DNA of 64,000 bases from Mobula hypostoma (lineage: Eukaryota): assembly GCF_963921235.1 (NCBI RefSeq), contig NC_086097.1, forward strand, positions 8,060,001-8,124,000, written 5' to 3'. Positions 26,180 through 39,314 of this stretch are shown here, one piece after another. The position numbers and the translations under genes were made by a program. The notes beneath the pieces were generated by a model. It was not told the DNA's origin, did no database searches, and was given only the letters and a program-made list of their open reading frames with translations. How positions within the stretch are numbered: the stretch's first letter is position 1; every line of letters begins with the position of its first letter.

Positions 26180-27135
26180 TCTAGATCGGCCACTTATGGA
26201 GTATTGCATACAGTTCTGGTCATCCCACTAGGAAGGATGTAGAGGCTTTGTAGAGGGTGCAGAAGAGGTTTACCAGGATGCCACTTGGATTAGGGGGCAT
26301 GTGCTATAACAAGAGGTTGGACAAATTTGCATTCTTTTCTCTGGAGTGGCAAAGGCTAAGGGGAGATCCGATATAGGTTTATAAGATATTCATTAGCAAG
26401 AGATGCAACACAGGGCTGTGTGCTTAGCCCCATGCTCTACTCATTTTACACATGATTGTGTGGCTAAGCATGGTTTCACTGTCATATTTAAGTTTGCTGA
26501 TGACACCACTGTCACTGGCCAAATCAAAGGTGGTGATGAATCAACACATTGATGGCATATTTGTCCACCATTTTAGGTGTGGTCTTTCATTGATTCAATT
26601 ATAGTTCTTGGATTTGCTGAGTATGCCTGTAAGAAAACAAATCTTGGGGTGGTATATAGCAACATATAGTACGCACTTGGATAATAAATTTACTTTGAAT
26701 TTTGATAAGTTTATGACAGGCACAGATAGAATATGTAGGGAGCATCCTTTTCCCAAGGTTGAAATCTCTAAGACCAAAGAGCATGCATTTAAGGTGAGAG
26801 AGGCTAACTTCAAAGGAGATGTGAGGGGCAACTTTTTTGCACAGGGAGTGGAGGGAGCCTGGCATATGCTGTCTGGATTGATGGTGGAGGCAGATATATT
26901 AGGGAATTTTAAAACATGCTTCGATGGACATATGAATGTGAGGAAAATGTTAGGATTTGGACATTGTGTAGGAAAAGGGGATCAGTTTAGTTAGCCAAAC
27001 TAAATGGGCCAAATGTCAACAGTACTCTTTTCCATAGATGCAACCTGGCCTGTCGAGTTCCTCCAGCATTTTATGTGTGATTACTAACCTAAATGGTTCA
27101 GCGCAACACCCCTGTGCTGTACTGTTCTATGTTCT
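26180..27135 (+). mobile_element. CR1 3' fragment interrupted by Rex1 pieces (about 26395-26705) and a Penelope tail (about 27005-27080)
   Basis: CGGCCACTTATGGAGTATTGCATACAGTTCTGG; KFADD-coding segment near 26490; FKGDVRGNFFAQ. Confidence 0.75.
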
Positions 27136-27822
27136 AAGTTATAATTATCATAAAGAAGCTTCCCATTCTCATTGAGGCTTCATCTTTATTACAGTAATAG
27201 ATATTCACTCTCTCCTGTGCTTACACAAGTTGGACTTCACATAGGAGCTGACTTTGTCAGAGAACTACTGGTCAAATCCAAGTGATTTCCTGCACTTTGC
27301 TGGTCCATTTCATCGCTAATTGTAGCTTGCCTGATACAGTTTGAAATAGGAATCGCTTGGCCCTCTGTTACTTAGCTTTCCCACTACAAGTGCTTCCCAT
27401 TGGATTCCCTCTGGAACTACTCACTGGTGTTCCAGGAGCTGGCGTCAATTGAACAATTTCCTGATTTGAAGGGATACTGGGAATAGCCAGTCTTCATACC
27501 AGACATAGTAAAACTCCAATAAAACTAAGCTTATGTCCTAAGGGGTTGTGATTTTATTGAACTATAGGTTGCATTTTACGCCTTGTGAAAAACAAAAAGG
27601 GCTGTTAATCATGTTTAAGTGGTCAGGTAAATTTAAACCTTGTTTTCCTCTTAACTGTTGTTTTTACCTTGTTTCCCGTGTTCAGAGAATCAGAGTCAGA
27701 ATCAGGTTTAATATCACTGGGAAACTTGTTGTTTTTTGGCTGCAGTACTTGGCAATACATAATAATAAATAAACCATAATTTACAACAAGAAATACAAAA
27801 AGATATATCTATATTTAGTATA

Positions 27823-29490
27823 CAGGTTGAACACCCCTTATCCAAAACGCTTGGATGCTTGGAGTTGGAAGTATTTCAGGTTTGGGGTACTTTCAGTTAT
27901 ATTATCAGATAGCTCCAGGATGGAACCCAAGTTTGAACATGAAATCCATTTACATTACGTATACACTGAAGGTAATTTTATATAATATTTTAAATAATCT
28001 TTTTTTTGAAACAGTAATGTGCTTGAACCATCAGAAAGGTAATCTACCACTACCTTGGCTGCCACAGCGGTCAGTCAGTGGCTGTTTGGCATCACCATCA
28101 TTCCCAACTCTGAATTTGCGTGCTGTTGGTAAGCAGTCTTTGTCCTACACTTGTTCATCACATATATGTACTGATGCAGTCATTCAGCGTGTTAGATTTT
28201 CAACAGTGACGAACTTGGCCAAACTCATCAATGAATTTCTCTGCTCCTTCATGATTAGCAGACACATTATCACAACAAATTTAAAAAATTTAATGCAGTG
28301 CCTTTTCTTAAATATCTGCAACCAGCCTGCTGAATATTCACAATAAACTTCAATTTTCAGTTTGTTGTGATAAATGTTTGCTTGTTTCATGATCAGCACA
28401 TACATTCACTCGAACAGTGATGAATCTACTCTTTCAATAAATGATTGAGAATCTCATTTTTCACTTTAAGCAGTGCTTTTCTATTTCTTGTTAACTTCTG
28501 TTCATTACTTTCAGCACAGAACATTTACAGTTTGTCCTTCTGTTTCTTCAGGCTGTAGATGGTAGTCGTTAAAACACCATGCTCCTCTGTCAGATCTTTC
28601 ACACACCGCTGTCAAGTTTTTCCGACAACTTTACTTTCTGTGTTATAGATAAGTATAAATGCTTCCTCTTCTTCTTTTCACTATTACGCATACAGGTCAC
28701 AGGTTGATAGGGTCGTAAAGAGAGCTTTTGGTACATTGGCCTTTATAACTCAAAGTACTGAGTATAAGAGTTGGAATGTTATGGTGAGGTTGTATAAGGC
28801 ATTGGTGAGGCCGAATTTGGAGTATTGTGTGCAGTTTTGATCACCAAATTACAGGAAGGATATAAATAAGGTTGAAAGAGTGCAGAGAAAGTTTACAAGG
28901 ATGTTGCCGGGACTTGAGAAACTCAGTTACAGAGAAAGGTTGAATAGGTTAGGACTTTATTCCCTGGAGCGTAGAAGAATGAGGGGAGATTTGATAGAGG
29001 TATATAAAATTATGATGGGTATAGATAGAGTGAATACAAGCAGGCTTTTTCCACTGAGGCTGGGGGAGGAAAAAAAAACAGAGGACATCGGTTAAGGGTG
29101 AAGGGGAAAAATTTATAGGGAACATTGGGGGGGGCTTCTTCACACAGAAAGTGGTGGGAGTGTGGAATGAGCTGCCAGATGAAGTGGTAAATGCGGGCTC
29201 ACTTTTAACATTGAAGAAAAACTTGGACAGGTACATGGATGAGAGGTGTATGGAGGGATATGGTCCAGGTGCAGGTCAGTGGGACTAGGCAGAAAAATGG
29301 TTCGGCACAGCCGAGAAGGGCCAAAAGGCCTGTTTCTGTGCTGTAATGTTCTATGGTTCTATAGGGGTAACTGCGGGCCTTTTTGACATTTTCAACAATA
29401 TCTTCACAGCAAAGAGCAGAGAATAAGCACAAAGCACATGGAGTACTCACTGAGAGTAATGCATGATAGTCTGGCTTGGTCACTGCTGAA
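27823..29490 (-). mobile_element. Tigger4/Zombi-like (pogo/Jerky-related) DNA transposon, decayed, split by a CR1
   Basis: TA|CAGGTTGAACACCCCTTATCC end; minus strand MSKRPAVTP, EKKKRKHLYLSITQKVKL..TTTIYSLKKQKDKL, LIMKQANIYH..CEYSAGWLQIFKKRH. Confidence 0.85.
28693..29360 (+). mobile_element. CR1 3' fragment
   Basis: QRKFTRMLPGLEKLSYRERLNRLGLYSLERRRMRGDLIEVYKI; GTTCTATG tail. Confidence 0.95.
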
Positions 29491-30899
29491 AACAAAGTGG
29501 TTGTAATGAGAGGAAGGCATGTCCTGGGTGATGAGGGTCCGTAATGATGGATGCCACCTTTTGGAGGCATCACCTCTTGAAGGTGAGCTCGATACTTGAG
29601 AGGCTATTTCCAGTGATGGAGCTGGCCAGGTTTGCAAATTCCTGCAGTTTTTTTATGATACTGTGCAGTGGCCCCTTTGTATCAGACGGTGATGAATGAG
29701 TTGAAAAACTTTGTCAGACTATGGGAAGCGAACAGAACTAACTGTTAGCTCTTAGAAAAAGCTGGAAAAGAAAGGGCAAATGTCTTCCTTCCATACTGAA
29801 GCCTAGGATTTTACATAGCAGTGGCTTAGATGGAACCAGGCTTTGGATTATAATGTATAGGCACAGCAAAACAGAGAGAGAGAGAGAAAGACATACACAT
29901 GCAGACACCTTCCTCTGGCAGCAGAAAGCGAGGAAGTTTGCTGGGTGTTGCAGCTCGTTAGGACAGAAGGGCCTGTTCCATTCTGTACCTCTAAATAAAT
30001 AAATAAATAAACAAATAAATAAAGACTGATTGATGTTTAAGAGTCAACCAAGTGCTTTGGAACAGTGTTATCCATTAGCCAGATCTTGTGGAATGACCCA
30101 CTTTTATGACACTGACAATTTTCATTACTGCACTACAGTTTAATGATTTTACTAAATTCATTCTCGTAACTTGCCTTGGAGAGATTTAGTGCTCAGAGGC
30201 TCTTGGGTTTCTGGTTCAGGAGCCAGATCCACTGGACCATTACTCCATGCAATTATGCTGCATGCTTTTATATGATCAAATAGCCAAAAGATTTGCCGCA
30301 AATACTTCTTAAAACAGTTGACTGCACCATGTTGGAATGTTTAAAATTGCACTCGCCCCAGCAATGCAGACACAAACTGATGTGAGATAACTGGATTCCG
30401 TGTGATTTAATATGTAAGTCCTAAATAGAATTTAGACTAATTTGCTGCTGGTTCGTACTGTGTACTTAATCAGCATAAAGCCCCTTTTGGTTTGACGTGA
30501 CTTATCTGGAATACAATGTGTGCTTTTATATAAAGAGGCAAAATTTAAAAAAAAACATTAAAATAAAAGATACGGATTAAAGATTAGCATTTTTTGCCAC
30601 ACCCCCAAGATGACCACAAACTTGTCATAGACTTTGGAGGCTGTGTGCCTCAATGAGCTGGAGAGCCATGTTGACTGGAGTCAGTGCCTTGTGCTTTGGC
30701 TCTTGGTAGGGTCACCCACGCACAACAGGTCAAAGGATAGAGCACAGACAAAGAGTGGTCCACCAATCCTCCAGTTTTGGGGGTTCTGCTCAGGGACCCT
30801 GACTGATCCAAAAAAAATTGTTACGGAAACAGCAATGAAGAACCCTCCTATATCTGTGTGCGAAGGTATGGACAGACAGAGATGGTGGACTTTCGTAAT

Positions 30900-31092
30900 G
30901 GGCAGTAAGTTAACAAGTTAACATGCCAACAACTCACAAACACTAACTGTACAATATTGGAAGGTGGGAGGAAATCCATGCAGTCATTGGGACAATTACA
31001 AACTCCTTACAGGCAGTAGCGGGAATTGAATCCCGATCAGTGATTACTGGCGCTGTAATGGTGTTACACTAACCGCTACTCTACCGTGCTGC
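30900..31092 (-). mobile_element. HE1/V-SINE-like SINE fragment
   Basis: AAACTCCTTACAG..GGGAATTGAATCC..AACCGCTACTCTACCGTGCTGCC. Confidence 0.75.
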
Positions 31093-31199
31093 CAAACTGT
31101 AAAAGGGATTACTGTTATGACAATTATATCTTGACTCTGAGTAGTTGGCACAACTTCAGGATGTTAGAAAGTACTTGACGTACAAATGGATACTTTTCA

Positions 31200-31500
31200 A
31201 AATTCAAGATTGTTTAATGTTATATATATATCTAATTAAATAAGTAGTGCAAGACATAAAATACACAGAGGAAGTGTACATGGGTTCAAAGTCCAGTTAG
31301 AAATCTGATGACAGAGGGCAGGAAGCTGTTCCCAAAACATTGAGTGTGTGCCTTCAGGCTCCTGTACCTCCTCCTTGATGGGAGCAATGAGAAAAGAATA
31401 TGTCCTGGGTGATGGGAATGCGTTGTGTTGAGGAATTGTCTTTTGAAGATGTCCTTGATGCTGGGGAGAATATCCCAACTGATCCATTCTGCTGGGGAAC
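31200..31500 (-). mobile_element. Rex1/Babar-type 3' fragment
   Basis: HHPGHILFSLLPSRRRYRSLKAHT..FGNSFLPSVIRFL. Confidence 0.8.
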
Positions 31501-32569
31501 AGCGCATAATGACATTAAGGGAAAAAAATAGGTAACTGATTATGTGACTGCAGTCTATTTACCAACTGCTTAATATTAACTCTAACCCTTATCTGCCATA
31601 GTTAGCCTTGTGAACTCATCCATCTACACAGCATACCACTGCTGCCAATATTGATTACAACCTAATGCTGACCTTCAGGGTCTCTGCTTGAGAGTTATCC
31701 TTTTAATCCACTTAAAAGGAAATCAATGGATAAGTTAGCATTTTACTCATTTTATGCTCCTTTTACGGTTTTTAGTATATCTGATGATCTTTGAAGGATG
31801 ACAAGATAAGAATTCATATTCTCTTTGTTTTTAACCAAGTTAAAGTAGCAGACTTTCATAGTTTATGCTTAGCATGAGCTAGATGTGATACTTTAAATAG
31901 CTGTTTTGATAGCAGCTTACAGAGATTTACGACGCGTCAAATAGTTTCAAGGAAATTGATTTGTGGCTATTTCCAATGTTAGTTTAGCTCCTTGTTTTCT
32001 ATTTGCCCCATTTCTCAGATGTAAAGGTGATCAGAAGGCCTCTTTGTTGCTTCTGTCAATAGTACTATGTGGAAGGATTGGAAAATGTCAAAGCTGACAT
32101 GGTGTCAGATTTTTTTGGCTTCCCCTATTGGGACTTTTTCTTTCTGCTTGTCATTTGCCTTGACAAAATTGCTGAAAATTGACTAAGTGGATAAGCGAAC
32201 TCCCCAGGAGGATATAGAATGATTGCCCTGTTGCTGATAGCTGCACAGTACGTTTCAAAGTGAACATAGCGAATGAGAAACTGCACAAGGTTTGACTTGC
32301 CAGCTCCCACGTTGAACACTCCTTGGGCGTGCACACAGACTGGCCATTTGGATTTCAAGATTCCAAATTCAAGAGTCAAGATTCCAGATGGTTTAACCTT
32401 GTTTCCAGCGCACAAATGGGAAGGAGAATGAAATCATCACAGTGATATTAAACCTGATGCTGATTCTGAAACAATTATACACAGTAAAGAATTATATAAA
32501 AATAAAGTTAAAAGTACAGATAAGGAATAATGTGCATAAATACATAAATACCAGCCTGTATTTACAATC

Positions 32570-33030
32570 ATTTCAAGATTCAAGATTGTTTAGTGTCATT
32601 TCCAGTACATAAGTATAAAGGAGAACAAAATAATAGTTACTTCTGATCCAATGCAGCACAAAAAACACAATGTTTAAACAACAAACATAAACACGTAAAA
32701 TAGCTTCTAGACATCGGTTAACTGCACATCCATAAAGTAACTCGAGGCACAGGAGTGCCTGTACATAAGGAGACTCTGACAAGAAATGATAAAGTAGTGA
32801 TGGTTGGGGATGTGGACGGGTGGGTTCGTGGGAGGAGATGTTGATCAACCTTACTGCTTGGGGAAAGCAACTATTTTTGTATCTGGTGGTCCTGGCATGG
32901 ATACTACATGGCCTCCTCTCTGTTGAGAGTGGGATAAACAGTCCATGAGCAGGGTGGGTGAAATCTTTCATGATGCTACTGGCTCTTCTCTGGCTCCTTT
33001 CTGTATATACGTCCTTGATGGTGGGTTAGA
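32570..33030 (-). mobile_element. Rex1/Babar-type 3' fragment
   Basis: KDFTHPAHGLFIPL..RTTRYKNSCFPQAVRL; TCTTGAA tail. Confidence 0.8.
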
Positions 33031-33429
33031 ACAAGAAGGGCTACCACACCCTCAGCTCCAGCTTCGAGTCAATCAAAGCTCCTAAGATCTTGGTGTGCAG
33101 AAGTACTGTTACTGCATATCCATTGTTGAGATAACTTTATCTTTATTTGTGCACTGGAGAATAGAAATATTAATAAGTGGAGAAACTGGGTACTCCGTCA
33201 ATCTCCACCAAGTGATTTTATTGAAATTCTATTTGCACAGGTTCTCTACCAGGAGAACTGTGCCAGCTCAATGCCGGCCTAATTTGTGACTCCATGTGAG
33301 AAATGAGAGAGGTCAGAGATTTAATCCAAATATCTCCCTGAATCAAATATAATCGTGAACATTGAATCCTTCTTTTAAAGGGAAAGCTCTCAGGTGTTAA
33401 AGCAGTGCAGGTCATATCGGACTGACTTG

Positions 33430-33627
33430 TTGTTCCTCTCCATGCTTTGTGGTGCGTTGGGCGGCAACTTTACCATTTCCTTAGCATTTGTCTGTTTTTT
33501 TATAAGACCAAGTTGTCAGCTTGAAGCTCAACCCAGCATGGATGGAAACCATGCAAGAAGCAGGCCAGATTCGAACCCGGGATCACTTGCCTTGAAGTCT
33601 AGTGCAGATGCCATTACCTCACCGGCT
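33430..33627 (-). mobile_element. tRNA-derived SINE (distinct family)
   Basis: Minus strand GCCGGTGAGGTAATGG..GGGTTCGAATCTGGC (A and B boxes). Confidence 0.7.
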
Positions 33628-34809
33628 GGCATTAGGTTGATATGTTCCCTTTAATTGAATATCTGGCTCAGTGTTTAATGACTGGTTGATCCACTCCCAG
33701 AGTCAGATTTCAGGACCCCACTACCAATGTTGAATTGTCTGGAGAGAAGGACAGGTAAATGTTTAATCATTGGCAATGAGTATGGCTGTTTGATAGTGCA
33801 GTGTTCATCCTGCTGTTAAATGGTTGACTGCTTTTAGAAGTGATATTTTCAATCCTGCTTTACGCAACAGGATTTACCTCATCCATTGCAAATTCCAACA
33901 TGCAGACATTTTCAATTAATGCTTCCACTGTGTCTCTGAAGCACAATTATACAAACAGACTGTTTCTAGACAGGAATTATGCAGGCTCGAAGGTAGGATC
34001 CAATTGCACTGATGTGTCTTAATCTGCTTTTGCCAACAAGGGTTTTTATGAGCAGCAACTCACACAGCAGCCCATGTGAACTATTGAAGAAAAAAACATT
34101 CCTGTGAAACCATTTCGTTTGAAAGAAAATCCTTAGAAGTTTTCTTCAGCAGGGATAAAAAAAATGACTCAGTGTACCTCAACATATTTTACAGTAATAG
34201 CCAATTTAACTATTTTGTTACTCAGAGTTCATTAGAATGTTTAAATGATTGCCAACACAGATAATTAAATCATTGAACTTGGCAGTATAATAGCATAGTA
34301 CAGCAATGCACTACTAGGATATAATTTTCATCCCATAATTCCAAGCATAAGTTTAGGCTTAACTGGTGAATTAGAAAGATACCAAGCAAAGCCAAATAGA
34401 GGGAGATAGAGATTATTAAAAAACTTGCATTAACACGCCTAATTATAACTGCTACATGTGTGAACTGCACTTTCTGCTGACAGAGCACTCTTCACTCTGT
34501 CTCAGGAAGTTTCCAGAAACCTTAGGCTGACATCTAGTGCTATAAAGAAGGTAACCATGACTTATGAAGGACTGAGAAAGCAGGGAATTATAGGTTGGTT
34601 AGCCTGATGTTGGTAAAAGGGAAAATGCTGTAGTCTAAGGTGAAATATGCAGTAGCAGAATATTTGGAAAGCACTGATTTGAAATCTTTCTCAGTAAGTT
34701 TGCTGGGAAGTTTTGCAAGTGAAACTAGTTGCGGGGGGACAAAGGAAAATCTGTAGGTGTGAAGTATTTGGACTTGCAGAAGGTTTGATTAGGTCGCGCA
34801 TAGGAGGAA

Positions 34810-34975
34810 CAGACACAAAATGCTGGAGGAACTCAACAAGCCAGGCTGTATCTGTGGAAAGAAATAAACAGTCGACACTCCAGGCCGAGGCCCTTCATCA
34901 GGACTGGAAAGGAAGGGGGAAGAAGCCAGCCTAAGAAGGTGGGGGAGGGGAAGGAGTACAAGCTAGAAAATGATG
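34810..34975 (-). mobile_element. Penelope 3' repeat with a degenerate hammerhead (34869-34906)
   Basis: CAGTC-CTGATGA-agggcctcggcct-GGAG-TGTC-GACTG. Confidence 0.8.
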
Positions 34976-35399
34976 AGACATTAGTGTGCAATATTAACTC
35001 TGTGAGGATAAGACATTGACATAGATAGAGAACTCAAAAGCTAACAGGAAGCAAGGGAGTGGAATAAGCACATCTTTCTCTGAGCGGCAGGCAGCGGTGA
35101 GAGGAGTACCACTAGTTTCACTGTTGTTGGCCCCAGCTGCTCCAGAATATACAGTATATTAGTGACTATAGATGAGGGTATGAAGTGTAATAATTCCAAG
35201 CTTGTGGATGCCACAAAGCTGGGAGGGATTGAGAGCTGAAAAAGACTGCCCAGAGGATCTAGAATGAATTGAACAGGTTGAGTGAGTGAACAGGTGCAAT
35301 ATATTGTGAACTTATCCACTTCAGTGGCAAAACTTGATGGCTAATTATTACTGAGGAGGTATCATAGTGTAAGCCCATGGATACAGCAGGAAACGATAT

Positions 35400-35640
35400 G
35401 CCACAGTAGTGTAGCAGTCAGTGCACTGTTAAAGCCCAGGATGTCAGAATTCAGAACTTAATTCTGACGCCGTCTGTAAGGAATTTGTACGTTTCACCCC
35501 TTCAATGCGTGCATTTCCACCAGATGCTCTGGTTTCCTCCCACATTCCAAAGACATACTGGTTAGTAAGTTAATTGGTCATTGTAACTTGTCCTGTGAAT
35601 AGGCTAGGGTTAAATAGGTGGGTTGGTGGGTGGCACGACT
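35400..35640 (+). mobile_element. HE1/V-SINE-like SINE
   Basis: CTGTAAGGAATTTGTACG..GGTTTCCTCCCACATTCCAAAGAC. Confidence 0.8.
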
Positions 35641-36579
35641 TGTGGAACCATAAGACCATAAGATATAGGAGCAGAAGTAGGCCATTCGGCCCATCAAGCC
35701 CAATCAATCAAGGGCTGATCCAATTCTTTCAGTCATCCCCACGCCCTTGCCATCTCCCCATACCCTTTGATGCCCTGGCTTATCAAGAACCTATCTAACT
35801 CTGCCTTAAATACACCCAATGACTTGGCCTCCACAGCCGCTCGTGGCAATAAATTCCACAGATTTACCACCCTCTGACTAAAGTAATTTATCTGCACCTC
35901 TTGTTCTAAATGGATGTCCTTCAATCCTGAATTCATGCCCTCTTGTCCTAGACTCCCCTATCATAGGAAATAACTTTGCCATATCTAATCTGTTCAGGCC
36001 TTTTAACATTTGGAATGTTTCTATGAGATCCCCCCTCATTCTCCTGAACAGGGAATACAGCCCAAGAGCTGCTAGACGTTTCTCATACAGTAACCCTTTC
36101 ATTCCTGGAATCATTCTCATAAATCTTCTCTGAACCCTCTCCAACATCAGTATATCCTTTCTAAAACAGAGAGCCCAAAACTGCACATAATACTCCAAGT
36201 GTGGTCTCACGACTACCTTATAGAGCCTCAACATCACATCCCTGCCCTTATATTCTATACCCCTAGAAATGAATGCCAACATTGCATTTACCTTCTTCAC
36301 CACCGACTTCACCTGGAGGTTAACCTTTACGGTATCCTGCACAAGGACTCCCAAGTCCCTTTGCATCTCTGCATTTTGAAATCTCTCCCTATCTAAATAA
36401 TGGTCTGCCCGTTTATTTCTTCCAACAAAGTACATGACCATACACTTTCCAACATTGTATTTCATTTGCCACTTCTTTGCCCACTCCCCTAAACTATCTG
36501 AGTCTCCCTGCAGCCTCTCTGTTTCCTCAACACTACCTACTCCTCCACTTCTGGCTCCTCCACAATACCAGAATCTGTT

Positions 36580-37353
36580 AACACAAAATAATCTGTAGAT
36601 GCTGTTGTCTAAGGAACACTCACAATGCGCTGGAGGAACTCAGCAGGTCAGTCAGCATCAATTGAAAAGATTAGTCGACGTTTCGGGCCGAAACCCTTCG
36701 TCAGGACTGAAGGAAGAACTTTGGGGAGGGTTTGAAGAATGCTGGTAGTTGATAAAAACAGTAATTTGAAAGACAAAGGGGTGGGGGAGGGGAAGCAGGG
36801 AGGTGATTGGCGGGAGAACAATGCGCAGTAGTAGAAGGAGGTGGAACTATGAGGGAGGTGATGTGAAATAGGGATAGAGGAAAGGAGGGGGAGGGAATTA
36901 CCGGAAGTTGGAGAATTCTATGTTCATACCAAGGGGCTGGAGACTACCTAGACTGTATATGAGGTGTTGCTCCTCCAACCTGAGTTTAGCCTCATCATGG
37001 CAGTAGAGGAGGCCATGTATGGACATATCTGAATGGGAATGGGAAGCAGAGTTGAAGTGGGTGGCTACCGGGAGATCCTGTCTGTTGTGGCGGATGGAGT
37101 GGAGGTGCTTGACGAAGCGGTCCCCCAATCTGCGTCGGATTTCACCGATGTAGAGGAGGCCGCACCGGGAGTACCGGATGCAATAGATGACCCCAACAGA
37201 TTCGCAAGTGAGGTGTTGCCTCACCTGGAAGGACTGTTTGGGGCCCTGAATGGTGGCAAGAGAGGAGGTGTAGGGACAGGTGTAGCACTTACACTTACAG
37301 GGATAAGTGCCGGGTGGGAGATCCGTGGGGATGGACGTGCGGATAAGTGAGTC
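36580..37353 (-). mobile_element. Penelope-like element, 5'-truncated: GIY-YIG endonuclease, 3' UTR with intact hammerhead, 13-bp TSD
   Basis: GVIYCIRYSRCGLLYIGE..RLGDRFVKH..PVATHFN..P.GMNIEF; TSD ACCAGAATCTGTT at 36567 and 37354. Confidence 0.95.
36673..36708 (-). ncRNA. Minimal type I hammerhead ribozyme motif (palindromic stem III)
   Basis: AGUC-CUGACGA-a-GGG uuucgg CCC-GAAA-CGUC^GACU. Confidence 0.8.
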
Positions 37354-38142
37354 ACCAGAATCTGTTGATTCTCGAAAGATCATTGTTTACGCCTCCTCAA
37401 TCTCTCCAGCTGCTTCCTTCAGAACCCGAGGGTGTATTCCATCAGGTCCAGGAGATTTATCCACCCTCAGACCATTAAGCTTCCTGAACGCCTTCTCAGT
37501 CATAATTTTCACTGCACATACGTCACTTCCCTGACACTCTTGAATGTCCGGTATACTTCAGATGTCTTCCACTGTGAAGACTGATGCAAAATACGCATTC
37601 AGTTCCGCTGCCATCTCTTTGTCTCTCATTACAATATCTCCAGCATCATTTTCTATTGGTCTTATATCTACCCTCAACACTCTTTTAGATGGAAAAAAAA
37701 GTCTGTCTTTAAACAACTGCCTGTCAACTCTTAATAGATGGAAGGGTTTATTCCACACTCTATCTCTAAACAAACAAATAAATAAATAAATAAATATTGT
37801 TGTTCTCCATGGGTAGAGGAATTCAATTCTAGAAGAAGAATGCTTTCCTGAAATCATACAAGTCCTTGCTGAGACCACAGCGCGAGTATTGTGCACAGTC
37901 TCCTTCTCAGAGGAAGGATGACCTTGTTCTGCAGACAATGGCTAGATGTAGTAAATGGCTATCTATTTAATTAGGTAGTATTTGTTGAAACAGTCACATA
38001 AAGAGTCCTTATTCTTCCAGCAACTTTCATGGAATCATCAATACCCAGCAGAATGGGCAATCGAGATTTTGCTTTGACTTTTCATCTCGTTGTAAATGTG
38101 ACCAAAAGGGTCTCAGTAATCATGGATGTTGATAGCTTTTTT

Positions 38143-38742
38143 CAATGGTCCTCTGTTGGTCAGGATTGACCATGGATGTTGTGTCCTAAGTAAAGTTCAC
38201 AAGCCAGGGCAGTACAATACGGAGAGCAAGCTTTTGCCCATGCAGTAGGCTACTCCTCTTGATACAGATGATAAATCCAAATGAACAGCAGAGACCAATA
38301 CAATTGGCACCAGTGGCATCACAGGGGCATCACAGGAGTTGCCAGTCAGCATTGAACTCAATGTAGAACTGCATCAGGGACTCCAGCTCCAGATTTTTCC
38401 TCGGGGTTTACTTTGGAAGCTTTCCCCATGAGGAGGTATAGCCATAAGGCAGCGGAGTTTTGAGATCAGAGTTTTCCTTCTCCCAGATTAGCTGCCAACC
38501 ACGGCTGATGAGCCCTATCTGCCCGAAGCGACTGGTTTTAAGGCGACAGTAACCCGCCTTCTATTGTCTGTAAAAATGTTTCCGCCAGGTTTAGTAGCTA
38601 AGCCACACATGAAGGCCAGGAACTAGACTTGGTTGTCCCACGGTACTCCAGATGCACGCAATTAGGAGTATTTAATAGGTGGTGGGAGTTTATGACACCA
38701 TCACCCCGCCCCCACTCACAGCTATGGCAACCTTAAGGAACC
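38143..38742 (-). mobile_element. HDV-like-headed non-coding RTE-type element, family 1 (degenerate copy)
   Basis: Starts GGTTCCTTAAGGTTG; homologous to 43644-44236; imperfect TSD GTTGATA(G)CTTTTT. Confidence 0.8.
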
Positions 38743-39314
38743 GTTGATACTTTTCTCTTACCAAAACAGCCAACGGAGATCTAAAATCTAAGAACGATAT
38801 AAACACTGAGGCCAAAAGGGTCCCAGTAGCTGTGTATGCCGTTACTTATCCCTGCATTCTGTATTTCAGGAAAATCAGGTGATGGTTTCAAAGGAAAAAA
38901 AAATCGATCCCCTGAGCAGCGTGTGTAAATGTGTTGAAAATTGCAGGGAGTTCTGGCCTGCCAACATTTACATCACATCTCTTTCAACCTTTTTTTTGGG
39001 ATACCTATATAATGTACCATTAACTATTTCTCTTCTATTACCAACTGGTTCATTGTGGAGACTGGTATTTTAGAGGACAGAATTATTGGTTTACTTCGTC
39101 TGAACCACAAGCTGATAAAAAAGGCAATACCTGGAATATTTTAATTGACAATTGAGATATCAGTGGGAATTTTAGAATTTTATGCTGCTGATTATGCACA
39201 TAGATTCATTGACGTGGCTGTGTGAGGTGAATTTGAAGATAGACATTTTGATACATATTATTAGTCTTCAAAAGTTATCCTACAAAATAACTTTGGAATC
39301 AATCTGCATATGCA

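Larger units (their letters stand above)
35643..37685 (-). mobile_element. CR1 fragment, internally deleted, hosting a Penelope insertion
   Basis: ORF 35878..36465; MAAELNAYFASVFT in ORF 37558..37938. Confidence 0.9.
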
